The position numbers and the translations under genes are program-made. A DNA stretch of 64,000 nt, taken from Trichoplax adhaerens. Its lineage: Eukaryota > Animalia > Placozoa. This document shows positions 44,168 through 57,597 of this stretch, one piece after another; within the stretch, counting starts at the first letter, position 1; every line of letters starts with the position of its first letter. The notes under the pieces were generated by a model. It had not been told where the DNA came from, did no database searches, and saw only the letters and a program-made list of their open reading frames with translations. The DNA lies in NCBI RefSeq assembly GCF_000150275.1, contig NW_002060945.1, forward strand, positions 6,811,607-6,875,606, read 5' to 3'.

Positions 44168-44219
44168 TTCAAATTATGGCGCTATTTTTTCATTGGCTAA
44201 GAGTAATTCATCAACCAAT
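44168..44219 (-). promoter_or_regulatory. CDE/CHR tandem element plus two CCAAT boxes upstream of Cks
   Basis: Minus strand reads GCGCC-ATAA-TTTGAA (44182-44168), with a 4-nt spacer. CCAAT boxes at 44192-44196 and 44215-44219. A 5' UTR intron is plausible at 44058-43674. Confidence 0.6.
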
Positions 44220-45598
44220 GAAACATCATCTTGATCATGCGCATGTTTCCTCTCCATTCATCAACCAACAGGGGAAAGGAAATGTTACAAATGTGAACTG
44301 TGATGGTCAAATGGATCACCCCAACTGGACAAGGGCCAAAATACACAATATTCCAATCATACAAACTCATTTCCTTTTATTTTATTGATTTATTCCATAC
44401 AGTGAAAATGTATTAATCGCATCGTATCTGACAGCAAGTGTTGAGCCAACAAGATTTTTTCTGTATGGAACGATGATCGATATTATTCATGGGTTATTAT
44501 GTCTAAAAATCTCAATTTTAATAATACACAAATTGTACGTAGGCGAAAGCTACGTCAATAGGATGATCGAAACAAGAATCATACTGTCGTACGATTGAAA
44601 TAGTCGAGGTTTATCCATAACTTATAAAAGGTATACGCTCACCGAGTATACAGCTTTTAGACTGTAAAAAATAAACGATACCGACATCATCCAGTCATAA
44701 GTTTCACAATTTTGTACATGCTACGAGCTTTTATTTATTGCAGTATCATATAGCGTAATTGACGCATGATTATGGAATACAAGTACGATTCTGTTAATGT
44801 TTGGCGACTAAAAAAGGACCAAACCTGATCTTTACACCTACGCCATACATACATAATTATCAGAATAAATGTTTGTTGTGTACTGTACACTTCACTGAAA
44901 CTGTTCTACTGGTGCATTATGCCCTTGTGAACATGTCTAGTAAGAAAAAAAATATGCAAACACGACGATTTTAGTAAAACACTTTCAGAGAAGTATCCAA
45001 AAAACATTCATTCAGATGGTTGCATCTGTAAATAAACAATTACTGTCTCCATTCCACAGTAGTACAGTAAAGACCCTCTAGAAACAACCTCATTTCTAGT
45101 AGACACAGTACTAGTTACAGGCATCGGCAACGCTTTGCAATGTCTTTAAAATACCATAATAATAATTTCCTTCCACCTCAGGCTTACTGACTAATCCTAG
45201 CCGAGGTCATGCAACGCCATCATGTCTGTACGCCTGTACGTCTGTGACAGGCGAATTCAAGTGCCTACGCAGCCGTGTTTTGCAGCTGTGTTTACCATAT
45301 CGCTGTGGCAACAACTTTCACTCGTTTGTATCCAGGTGCTCTCACACGCCGTTCAGTACAGTACTTAGACTCATCACAATCGCTTCGCAGTAAACTCGCC
45401 TAACAAGTCCAATGGAGCCAAAGTACAGTACTGGTACCGATACTTTTGATGACGACGATTTGCTGATGGAAATCGGTCATTCATATTGATTCCAGCGCTA
45501 GATTAAACAGCAATTATTAGCCAAGGACTTTTTGACTCCATTTTAATAGACAGCATTAGACTGCATCGTTTTAGCTGTAACCTTCTTAACCGGTAATC

Positions 45599-47342
45599 AT
45601 GGCTACCAAACGAATTACACAAGAAACTTTTGACGCCGTAGTCAAGGAAAATATAGATGATTTCGAGATGGATGCGGAAGAGGCTGTAGAGGATGCTATT
45701 AAACAGTTTGAATCTCAAGGAGTCAATTTAAGTAATATTATTAAACAAGCAGCAACAGCATCCGATGATCAACAATCTGGATCTGAAGCTCGTCATCCTA
45801 TTTTAACTGCACTACAACGTATACAAGATAGCTTAAATAATCAACTGCAAGAAAAGAATGATGAAAAATTGCAAGATGCTTGCAAATTATTTCAAGAGCA
45901 ATCATGCCAAGGGGCTGCTTATCGAAATGTTGCCGCAGCTAACGGCGCTTATTCGATCATGTATAAACTTTGCCAAAGTGTAATCAACAATCCTTCCAGC
46001 CTTTCGATAGCCTTGCGTACCATGGCTTCACTTATCGATGGCCAACCAGATTTAATGGATAATGTTGGCATTCAATTAATTATGGAAATTTTAAAGATGC
46101 ACTTCAATGATTCGTTAATACAGCAAACCGGAATCAACGTTGTTCGCCTTGCGTGTATTATGCATGAAAGCAATCGTCAAAAATTTGTTAGCTGTGACTT
46201 AATTGAACACTTAATTTCGGTTTTACGTCATTTTACGGCTCAAATTGCTGTCATTAAAGAAGCATGTTCAACACTCCGTACGTTAACTTTAGATGACGAT
46301 ATAAGAGTGCCCTTTGGCAAGGCTCACGAACATGCTAAAATGATAGCTAGTGAATGTAATGGTCTTGAACTCTTAATCGAAGTCATTAAGTTACATTACC
46401 AAGATACAACCATCTATTGTGAAATTTGCTCTACAATTGCTAAATTAGCGGTTAGGAATGAATATTGCCAACAAGTTGTTGATTTAGGCGGATTAAAATT
46501 GGTAACACAAGCCCTAGCAGAAAGAATGGATGAATCGGTAGGTGCTAACTAATCGATAGCTTACTCGTATTAGTCCGGAGTTGGCTGTGATGTGCAGTAC
46601 GGTAACACTAGTAGCAAGGAATTCCGATGGAATAAAGTAATCGTTCTATGATGATAATACTGTAGAATTTTTATATCGTCTACAGTATATACTATATGAA
46701 GTATCTCGCAGTATTGTATATAGACTCTATTATGTTACTCTGATAAATTGATTATTGAACTAAATACTGTAGATGATTGCCGCAAGATCATGTTTTCTAC
46801 TTCGTGCAATCTCTGGCAATGACGATGTCAAGATCGCAATAGTAAATTCTAGCTGCGTATCGTTAATAATAGCCGCTATGGATAGGCATCCTAAACATAT
46901 GCATATTGCAGAGCAAGCCTGTGCAGTTTTCGCATCACTTGCATTGAGACATCCGCAACACTGTGCAGAGATTATATCATGTGGTGGTGCTGATTTCATT
47001 TTAAAAGCTATGAAAATTCATGAAGATGTAGAAAGCGTACAGGTTAATATAAATAAAAAATTCTTCTCTTGTCGCATATGTCCTATTGCTATTTGAAAAA
47101 AATAAGCTTCATGTGCTCTTGATTTCACACGATAGAAACAAGGATGCTTAGCTATTCGTAACATAGTGGCAAGATCTAGGGAATATTGCAATACTTTTCT
47201 AGAAGCTGGAGCTGAAGCCATTATCCGACAAGCCAGACGAAAGCATAAAAGTTGTGACGATGAGGCGAAAGCGGCATTGCGAGATTTAGAATGTGCGGTA
47301 CAATTAAAGGAATTATGGACTGGATTGCCAACTAATGGATAA
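45599..47342 (+). CDS. ARMC6: Armadillo repeat-containing protein 6
   Basis: N-terminus KRITQETFDAVVKENIDDFEM...QFESQGVNLSNIIK, internal LDDDIRVPFGKAHEHAKMI and LAVRNEYCQ, C-terminal AKAALRDL...LKELWTG. Exons 45599-46537, 46773-47042 and 47136-47342. Confidence 0.95.
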
Positions 47343-48871
47343 TTGAATATCTTGGCCAACTCTAATTTCCATACAAATAGCGACGTTTCCTTTTTCGTAA
47401 ATAGCATATCTCGCATAGTTTTATTGCCACCAAAAAATATTTAATATATAGTGTATCAGTACTGTAAAATCTTTTTTTAGATCTTTGCATATAAGTACCT
47501 TAATTATAGCTATCGTTTGTAAAATTTAAATGGTTATCAATCTACGGAGGTAATGAACGACTTCAATTCTTACACTTTTACCTATGAAAACATTTCTACG
47601 GTAATCTTGGCAATCTAAATTATAACTTCAATAGCCCTTCTCGAGTTTACCTATCCGAGTGTTATTGTATATAGCTAGAAATAGTTCCTTTTATTGACTC
47701 TTGAATTTGTAATGATATACTATATGTGGAACATAAAGGTATATTTGTTTTATTATCAAGTGCGGATAAAATTTTCGTTCCAACATGGATAATTGCTTTC
47801 CAGTATAGTGTTACAGAATAGTGTTGACAGTATGTTAAAATTTAGTCCTGTATACGCGAAAATTTTCGTAGATCGCAAATTGCAGGCATTAATTATTCAA
47901 TTTGTATATTGCATAATTTATGCTTCCAATAATTCAGTAGAATTTAAGATTATTGTTAGTAATAGAAATCTACTGTAATCTAGAATAATTGATTTATCTG
48001 TAAAAATAAAATTTCAGCGTTAACAAATACTGAGTTTATTTAAATTTTGCAAATCGAGTAATAATTTGCTTTATAAATCCTGTACAAGAGTCTATTAATT
48101 CATAGAAAAACAATGCCTATTTTGCGTATTGACATGCGTACATTCAAATGACGGTTTCTAGCATGCTGACGTGGATATACGAGTATGTGATGAATTATTC
48201 CCGTTGAAATTATTTATTGTATAAATAATTACACAATCAAGCATCAGTATATAACGCTGGTAGTTCTTGTAGGAAAACGACTTAAAACCAATCATCCTAT
48301 TCGCCCATATATTATAACAATATATGGATATGGTATAATACTGTATATCGGTAAATATTTATATAAATAAGACGAGAAAGAGTTTGAGCCATAGAACACT
48401 TCTTTGGCTATAATGGGTAACAAATTAGCTCTTGTCGTAATCAGGGCGATTAGGAAGTATTTCATTAGAATAATCATAGCCTGAATATTCAATCATCAGG
48501 TTTGTTAATGATTAGTTCTCCTTCTATTTAGGTCATGCTTGTACGCATAAACGATCATCCCATAAAGTGTACACGTACAAATAAATTACTACATGCATAC
48601 GCGCATATACATCGGGAATTATTAAAAAAATATGCTATATACGCGTATGTGTACAAATAAACGCTACAGTATACAATCATGCCAACTGCTTCGATGAAGG
48701 CTTCGTTTTCAGTGCGCAATCTGCATAATGGAGGGAACATGATCTTCCCCTATAATAGTGCAGTATAAATACAATCTTATTATCCAGATGCCCATCTTTT
48801 TTCTCTTTTACCACAGATTTCAATTGTCAAGGTTTTGGTATGGCATTGCACATTGAATCATAATAAAGTAA

Positions 48872-50919
48872 CTATAATAACAGTGCATTTACGAGAAGAG
48901 CACAAGAAGCACATTCCACTAGGAATAGTTGATTATAGACGTTTGAAAATTGGCGTGCTATGAAGTGAACTGTTATATTTTGTTATGGCAAAGTACTTCG
49001 TTATAATTATTAAAAGTCACATTAGACGATGGCTAACCTTAGTCAAAGGAGCAGTTTATCTAATATCGGACAATATTACGCTTGGATGAAAAGCCAATCC
49101 AAATTAATGCAACAAAATACATTGATAAAATAACGATGAAGATGTATCTAACGTAGAAAGGTCGGGCTACAGTACATCGGCCATTGCTGTAAATGACAGA
49201 ATATTTAATTTAGTCGAATTTCCTTCACTAAAAGAATGAAATCATGTAAATGCAAATGTATACAACTTGCCTTGGACTACTTGCAGCGGGATAAATTAAT
49301 AAAAATTTGACCTTTAAGCAATCGTTATCCTGAACTATCACATATTTTTCAGTACCACTCCTACGTCACACAGTAAGCAGCAATCACAATTTACATTTAA
49401 TACTTGACTAAATCTTTTGATGTATAATTTACAAATAAAATAACTCTAAATAGTCTCCACCAAATTTAAACAGCAATTACTTATTTTGATTTGCAAGAAT
49501 TCGAGGATGCTTTATAACTTCACAAACAGCAACACATGAGATAGATTTGGCAATCATGCTTTTATCCCATGTAGAACCGGTCGTAGAGAAATTTAAGGAA
49601 ACATCCAAATCAGTTGATAAATAAGTTCCTTCACCAAATAATGATCTCTATCGCATAAGAATGGCAACTTTATTAATATTGATAGACAGTAGGATCAGCG
49701 ATATCTCATACAAAAAGTTACAGTTCTTTTTTTACTTCTGATCGTGACTCGTATACAAATTGCAATTTCAACTTACATTATTTAAATGTGATAAAAGACC
49801 AACATGTAGAATGGAGAAGAAATTTTCGACACCACTGCCATGAAATCCATAAAAAGAACCATACTGGCTCTTAAGTTCGTCAAAACGACTGCTAGAACTT
49901 TTTCCTTTATAGATTATATCAAAAATTAAGCTAGGGCGGGTACCATTACGAAAGCCAGTTGCGGTTAGAAGCTCTTCCAACTGGGCAGTACGAATATACG
50001 AGCCAATAAGAAAAGAATTATACGTATATAATTATCAAATAATTATTAACGGCTAAAACATAGATAGCATCGCCCAGTTATACATATCATGCACTGCTAG
50101 TAAGGACTGCTTATAGAGAATTCTTCTTGATTTACGGTAAATATTGTACAGTATTTTGGTAAGGATATGACTAACCTTAGTATTGGGTAAGATCTTTAGG
50201 TGTACGAAAGTGCTATCTTCAACTAGTAGCCATTCTAAAAGCTCAATAGAATGAGCCGATAGACGAGTTTCTTCCTGAAGTAGTTCGCCAATGCCTGGGA
50301 TTTGACGAAATGATTCTCTCTACATTTATGAAGATGTAGTATACGTACTTTAGTTTAGCAAATGTTGATCTTACATTTTACAAATGTCATAACATGAACG
50401 AGGCAGAAAGTTACTAGTGGATAATGCGATTTTGTTGATAATTAATTATTATCTTACGTACTCTACTTGTATTGAAGTGATTAACTTATCCTTTTATACG
50501 AATTTGCAGGTCATTAAATCTTAAGAGGTAAAGTATTGTTGTACGTGGTAAGCGATCACTATTAATGTCATCAGTGTCTCTGACTTCAAATCAGCCTATT
50601 GAGATTTGCTACCCCATTCAAGGCTTGAAATAATTTGTTGCGACTACAATATTTTGCGTTGATTAAAACTAATTTTATTGTTGTAATAACTGCAAGTATT
50701 TAAATGTAGTCTGTAATAGGATAAGTAGTAGAGTGATTACAATTCCGTACTTACCAATGAATCGATCTGTTTCTCCCCAAACCTGATGTAAGTTTGTGGG
50801 AAAGGACGTAAAACGCTGTCAAAACGAAAACTTCTTAATGCTGCACTAAAAAGACTGATCTTGAGGTCAGTAGCCAATCTGTCTCTCTCAATGGTCAAGC
50901 GTAACTTAGTCCTCAACAT
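48872..50919 (-). CDS. PARP16: Mono-ADP-ribosyltransferase PARP16 (tail-anchored ER ART)
   Basis: DLKISLFSAALRSFRFDSVLRPFP, FHGSGVENFFSILHVGL, SLFGEGTYLSTDL and EKYVIVQDNDCLKVKFLLIY (H-Y-Y-type triad), then a hydrophobic tail YIFIVILSMYFVALIWIGF. Start codon and last exon are uncertain (alternative stop at 49060-49062). Confidence 0.9.
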
Positions 50920-52274
50920 GTCGTCGTTATTGCATTTGTAGATCAAATTCAAGGAGACTACTAGGTTTGTTGTTCATACTCCAAATATATCGATCGAGGA
51001 GATTTACAAGGGCATTTCTCTCTCTTTTCTCTCCTACACTGATTGAAATGCTTTTAATCTACAACGATACCTTTCAATGCTCTCTAAATCCTCTAGATAA
51101 TTGTAATTTGTTAACAAACGCGATAAAAGAACTAGACTGAGCTGATAGTATTTGACAGATCGATTAAATTGCTCGTTCAATATTATTGCTGTGTTTACTA
51201 CTGTAGTTGGACACTGATAAAATCTCTTTTCCTCCACTATGATACTTGTGAGTCTGCTAAGTGCTAAATAATACTGGAGATCATCTGTTCACACAACTGA
51301 TAAAAACAGCCAAACTTATCGAAAATACAGTAGAGCAGTTTTAGAAGGTTAGATAATAATATTGATTAGCTAATTGAAGCTGATAAGATTTCTCCTTATC
51401 TATTTCTACCCTATATTAAGCACTTTGAAATCAACTCAGTACTCAAGATAATCAGTTAATACAATCGATCAAAACAACTAGAGTGAAGTTATCAGAGATA
51501 GAGTAATTTCGATAATTTCAGATAGCATTTGCTGTGGAATTGTCAATAAATCATCATTGAAAGTTGTTGCTGAATAGCATCGTCAGGCAGTCCGTTCAGT
51601 AAAAGCTTTGCAAACATCTAGTCTGCTAGGACAATCTTTTATATATATTGTACGTATACTGAAACAAAAGTATCACGAGCAGGGTGTAGGACTCGTTTTG
51701 AGTAGAAGTGTTACTATTCTGGCACAGAGCAGACTGAGACTGATAGAATGCTATAGCAAAAACTCTCATCACCAAGTTTTACTATGGGCATATTGCTGGC
51801 CTAAAGTATATACCATACTCTAGTCCAGTTGTGCACTGGCACTGGATGTTACCACATCATGATATGACATTATATTGCTACAATTCATACCAGGCACTTT
51901 GCATTTTTAATTTCTTTCCCTTGTTCATACACTACGATAGAAAAGGTGTTTACTTTATACTTTATTATACTGTATAGAGCCATTTGCTACTAGTAACTCC
52001 GGAGCAAAGGTTGGTCGAGCTAACTCCTAATACAACTCGTGTTTCCAATTACAGCATTTTCTATAGTATGCTTTTACGATTATAGCACTGTTCTATACTG
52101 TACAGAACTATAGAGTCTATAGACACATTGGTAGGCTACACCACTCCACTATTGTTGCTGTACTAGCCGGCGAGTAAAGCTGTTAACACATCTTGTCTAC
52201 CATCAAAATCGAGGAGCAATTCGTTTATTGACTATAATTTATCTGCTATATCATCAGCCAAGCACGCAAAAGCA

Positions 52275-52490
52275 ATGATTCGAGCTCCAATAAGGTTAAA
52301 CTTTGGTCAGGTCATTTTTGCTATGGTCCTTGGTGTAGTCAGTGGAATCTACATCTTTAAACCGATGCTTCAACAGCAGCTTCTGAATGAATTAACTGAA
52401 AAAGAATTAAACCAAAGTCATCAAGATCGCAAAAACAACGAGCCCAAGCAATCAGCACTGACTGATGTAAAACAAGATGAGGAAGTGTAA
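52275..52490 (+). CDS. PIGBOS1: PIGBOS1-family microprotein, 71 aa
   Basis: RLNFGQVIFAMVLGVVSGIYIFKPMLQQ aligns by eye with human PIGBOS1 as I recall it ([28 protein letters not shown]): N-terminal TM helix followed by a charged tail. Confidence 0.85.
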   Translation: MIRAPIRLNFGQVIFAMVLGVVSGIYIFKPMLQQQLLNELTEKELNQSHQDRKNNEPKQSALTDVKQDEEV

Positions 52491-54233
52491 TAGCAATGAT
52501 TTCAGTAGATGAGATGCGGTTAACAAATGTTAAGGATATTATTGCTTTTAAATGCTTATTGATTGAGCACATAACGCAAATATTGTACAGCCGGCTGCAT
52601 GGAAAAGAAGAAACTAACAAAGTAGATTATGGTGTGCTTCTGCCTTCCACTGTGCAAAATTGTACGGATCTTTATGTAATGGTCAATACATACCTAGCAT
52701 GATGTGTGCTTAACCAGCTAATGGCAACTGACATTTTAATCCAGACAGGAAGAAATTAAGATTTTAAAGATTATAGAATGTTATAGTGTAATGTACGAGT
52801 CTAAATATCTGCAGCAAAAACAAACGTGCGTGCAGCATAAAACACTGGTGTGCAGTCGAGATTGCATCAAGACCAAAGCTTGATTAATCATCTATTTGCA
52901 AGTACAGTATGGGGCTATACGGAGCACTTGTAATAAGAGACTAATTTTAAGTATTTTACCTTACGTAGTATACAGTATATCTTCAACTTTTCATGCTAGT
53001 GGTTAGCGATTCCATTCCTACTTATTTAACTAGTCTTTGTCATTGCATAATCATAATAACTGCCTACTCAATGCCATGAACTTCTAGATCTCTAAGTCCA
53101 TGTCAATGAATAGTAATGCGTAGTGCAGTAATTTTATATTCCGTGTCAATAGAAGATTTTAAATTGGAGCTAAAGCAATTTTGGAAATTATGACATCTCA
53201 GTTTAGAAAATCAAGCTTGACCTTAATATGTGTCTCTGATGGATCGTGATTACGATCTCGCTTGTCTTGGCATTCGATATTCATAGTTTTACTAGTTTTG
53301 GCAATCTTGTTATCAATGTTATTTTATTCAGATCTCACTTTACTTCAATATACATTTCGTTATTTATTATGGGATGCAAAAGGTCTAATTATTCTCTTGC
53401 AGTGTCAACCTGCTCGAAATTGTCCTACCGTACGAGCATATTGTATGTTGCAGTGTGAAATGCAGTCATATGCATTAGATGGTATGTTATCATAGCCATT
53501 GCATAAAGCATAGTGTCGAATAGATGATAGAACTATACTTACTATCAGCGTTGTTCACAATTAAATGTTTAATGTTATGCTAAAATGGCCTAATCATAAC
53601 ATAATGTTATAAAATCTTATATATAGTGTACAAACATGAACTACTAGATGCTAGTCCACGGTACAAGTCAGTACATTGTAGGCCATAACAAACGCCATAT
53701 AGCTACAGGACGCAGGCAGAAGGATATAAGAATGAATTATGGATAATAATGATGTGCTGGTATTGGAAAGCAAATAAAATTTGATGATAAAAGATTTTAT
53801 TAATTATACACCATGATATAATAAATGAATAAAAACGTGTATTATCATGCAATCTTGACATTTGCTTACAACAAATTGTGCTGGAGATTGCAAATTATGG
53901 TTATTATACAGTCATTTTGAAGATGTTGGGCTTAAAATGCAAGTGCAAGTAAGGTATCCTGGATGAGATACAAGATATTCTTACCTGAACCTTATCACCT
54001 AAACTTTTTAAAATTATAAAATGATCAAAGCCCGTATTTCAATTACAGTTAACCTTATACGGAAGACAAAGAGCCATAGTTTCATAGTGATGTACCAAGA
54101 CAAAGTAAATCATGACCTAAACCTTACATATATTTAAGACATTACAGTGCTATCAAGAGTTAAGGGAATACTTTAATATTATCGATGATATAATAAGCAA
54201 ATCCTTCAAAGTAAAACAATTGCAAGCTATCTC

Positions 54234-55121
54234 TCAGCCAATTAATAGTAGAATATGATTTCTTCGTTTGTCGATCAGAATACAGTATATTCTCATGCTT
54301 GTTAACCACAGCGAATTCATTCGAAACCAATAATTGGATAACTTAGAGCTCTTTTGAACCGCATCATTCTTATTTATCTTTTCATCTACTACCTGCTTCT
54401 TTTCATACATCCGAGCTAACCGAGCGTTATCAGTATGTCTATTGGCAGGAATAAAGTTTTAGATGGTTCTAGTTGAATATTGTTTTATTATTTTTCTTTT
54501 CATCTGTTAACACATTTGTAGTATTTTTACTCTTTCCCATTAGCCTACCTAACCTAAATGTATCCTCATACCCATTCCTTTTTCAGGAAATGGATTCTCT
54601 ATTCCTTTTGAATCTACTTGCGTCCCATCTCCTTTCTTTCTACCCACTACTCAACTCGCCGTTTTCTTGCTCTTTTCGGATATCCATATCAATCAAGATT
54701 GATCGGTATGTTTCTTTTCAGTTCAAAAAATCCCTAGATAATGCGTCTTTCTTGTGGATCTTATCTAGATCGATCTTCTTTCACTTTTACCAGTATGTCT
54801 ATTTTCAGAGGTTGAATGCTTCAATAATTGGATATCCTTTTGGATCGCCTCTATCGCTTGTCCTTCCATTTATTTATTACTCAGCTCCATGGACTACTAG
54901 ATGCACCTAGTAGTCCATGCCAGTTTATTATATTCTTACTCTTTCCAGACATCCATGTTAACAAGGTCTTTGCAGCGTATCCAGTTGTCCGAAATCCGCT
55001 ATTAGAACATTCGGAGTTATTTTTGGTTCCTTTTTTGTTGTTTTCCTTTCTGCCTGTTACCTAATTCATAAAATTCTTGCTTGTTCCAGTTATCTACTCT
55101 AGCCAAGACTTATTAACACAT
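54234..55121 (-). pseudogene. Decayed 3' half of duplicate copy 1
   Basis: Homologous to 58669-59584 but with TGG>TAG stops at 55094-55096 and 55061-55063 plus indels. Separated from the intact 5' half by the 55122-55406 segment. Confidence 0.85.
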
Positions 55122-55314
55122 CTACGGATTGCAGTAAAATGAATCGACATTCTACTGTATTATATCAATGTAGCCATACGTATAAAATTATACGTTATAA
55201 TATAGATGTAATAACAGATGCATTTATTCTGTTCCGTCAGACAGTAGAATCCTCTTCTATATCTCTGTAGCCTTCTACCTGTATACTGTGTTCTCATTTT
55301 CTGATAGACCTGCT

Positions 55315-57597
55315 TCATATTCTCCTATCACCCTTATCATTTGTCGTTACCGTTTGTTTCTTTAAAAGTTTCTTACACAGACTACGCTGTATACTATGTA
55401 CAGAACCTTCAACTTTAGCCTGAATAAGTAGTTTACTTACCTCTTCAGTTAGCTTAGATAATTCATTGTTCATGAATGCAACCCACTGTTGAGTGGCAAG
55501 GTTGTATTTAGTCTTATTGTAATAATTTGTGTCTGTAAATCCTTGCAAAAGTGCGCTGCACTTGTTTAATGGGTCATGGCTAACTTCATGTCTTAGACAT
55601 TCCAAGTATTTTTTTGTATTAGAAATTAACTCAGATAAATGTTTCTGTAAAAGTAACTTACTAGCAACACCATTATCACTCGGTTTGTCCATGTTATGGG
55701 TGTCGTTTTCGCATTTTAATGACGTCTTATTAGCAACAATATGCTTAGAAGATCCTTGAAGCATAGGAAACACAATCATGATATATATACCAAATAAGCA
55801 GACAATCACAGCTACAATAATGTAGCTTGAAGGTGCTAGTAACATTTTCTTGTGCTCAGCGGTAACGACTTTTTTATTTTGATTGATTGATTCAGTTAGA
55901 GCAGACTTGCTAGAAACAATACCACTCGATTCCGTTATTTCGCTATCATACAAAAAATCAGAACCTGCCTCCTTTACATCCGGTTCGATCTGGTTACTTA
56001 ATGTTATATCATTATCGGTAGATAATTCTACAGCCTCGTCTGGTTGAACGATAATCGTAGACCCATTCTCGGATTTATTATTAGAAATTGCAAAAGCTTC
56101 GATTTGACGGCATTGCATATCTTGGTCTACATCGGCGAGGGTACCGCTATCCACTAAGCAATAACTACCTGCATCACTGATTATAGCGTCAGCTTTATTA
56201 TCAGCGTCGAGTATAGTATTCATGATATCGCCGTTGAAAATATTGCGCCCATCTAAACTACTATGACTTTTCAAGACAATATAGTCACTTGTATCTAATG
56301 ATGTATCCACGTCCGAATCAACTTGGCCCTAATAAAAATTAAAATTAGAATACTTAGCGTCATTATCGTTTAGTAATTTACACTATGTTTACACGTCAAA
56401 ATCTAAAGTACAGTACATATACGCGTATAGTTTAACACATAATCCGCAAAGTAACGGAGAAATGATCAGAGGGTTTTAAAATAAAACAGACAAGCAATCA
56501 TAACCACTGAAATTAGGAACGTGGCAAGCTCTTGTCAGCCAAAACTGAAGTAAAATTGATATCAAGATCAAAGTAATAATTAATTATTATTGGAGATGAT
56601 GATCAATCGCTGAATTTATTTGTAAGGCAATTTTAACTATCAATCGGATGAGAGAGATATCGCTATCCATGATAATAATGTACTGTACAATGTACGCGTC
56701 CTTTTTAACTGATCATAATCATCAATAAGTTTTAACATATAAAATGACTAGCTAGAAAGAGAAGCAATTTGATTTCTCCAAGTCATTGCTACTGTTTACT
56801 GACAAGCGGATCAGACGGTAATATCATCCACGATATACATACAGTAGGTCATTTTCTGGCATTGAGATTTTCCCTTGACTAATATCATTACATTTAGCCA
56901 GAGGAGGATCTCACCATTGCAATACCAAACATGTCCTTGTTACAGATCATGAACGTGCTATGGTACAAAATAATTCAGCTAGAAAGGAGAAGTGATTTGA
57001 TCTTTTCATTCCTGACAAACAGATCGCATTATTATGACTGTGGTCACTGTGATGACTGTAAATAACATTTCTACCATACTTAAGAAGGAAAACTTAACGA
57101 CTGATTCCTAATAACCTGACAATGAAACTACGTACTGTCATAATTATTAATATACTAATAGAACCCACGCTTGTTATACTTCGAGTATTGCATTATATCC
57201 GCTGTCATGAAAACTAATTTGATCTCGCCGCGCGCCATGGCTGACAAACAGAGTACATACCATAAAATTGTATCAATTCTTATTAATTACAATCGGTAAA
57301 AAGTAAAGGTTTAAAGCAGTTAATCTCGATAATAGGACAATAAACTACATAAAGTAGATCTTTACGGAATCATTTCGATCTCCAGTTCTATCCTTCATTA
57401 TGCCTAGGTAATCGACTACCACCCGCATGGTTAATTCAAAAAGTATATAATCATTATTCAACTATACTGGATTGGAAACTGGACGTTAGGCGTGAAATTA
57501 GGTTTTACGCTTCTTTACAACATCAATAAACCCTAACAAAACCTACAAAATTGTTGCCGTCTTCCTTTAGGATCCTCAGATCGGAGGTAGCATTCAT
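55315..57597 (-). CDS. Single-pass membrane protein, truncated copy 1 (~354 aa), putative CCPG1/PBXIP1-like
   Basis: Exon 1 is 57597-57547 (MNATSDLRILKEDGNNF, donor GTAGGT), phase 0 to exon 2 at 56328-55315. Acidic N-terminus; TM YIIVAVIVCLFGIYIMIVFPML. Family call is inference. Confidence 0.7.

Noticed and set aside
46760-47416. Minus-strand ORFs of 79 and 132 aa
   Set aside because: Antisense to ARMC6 exons.
48167-48174. UPRE-like TGACGTGG
   Set aside because: Single 8-mer between the convergent 3' ends of ARMC6 and PARP16, far from any promoter.
53246-53495. Hydrophobic short ORFs downstream of PIGBOS1
   Set aside because: Non-ATG starts and no clear upstream exon; T-rich DNA yields hydrophobic translations by chance.
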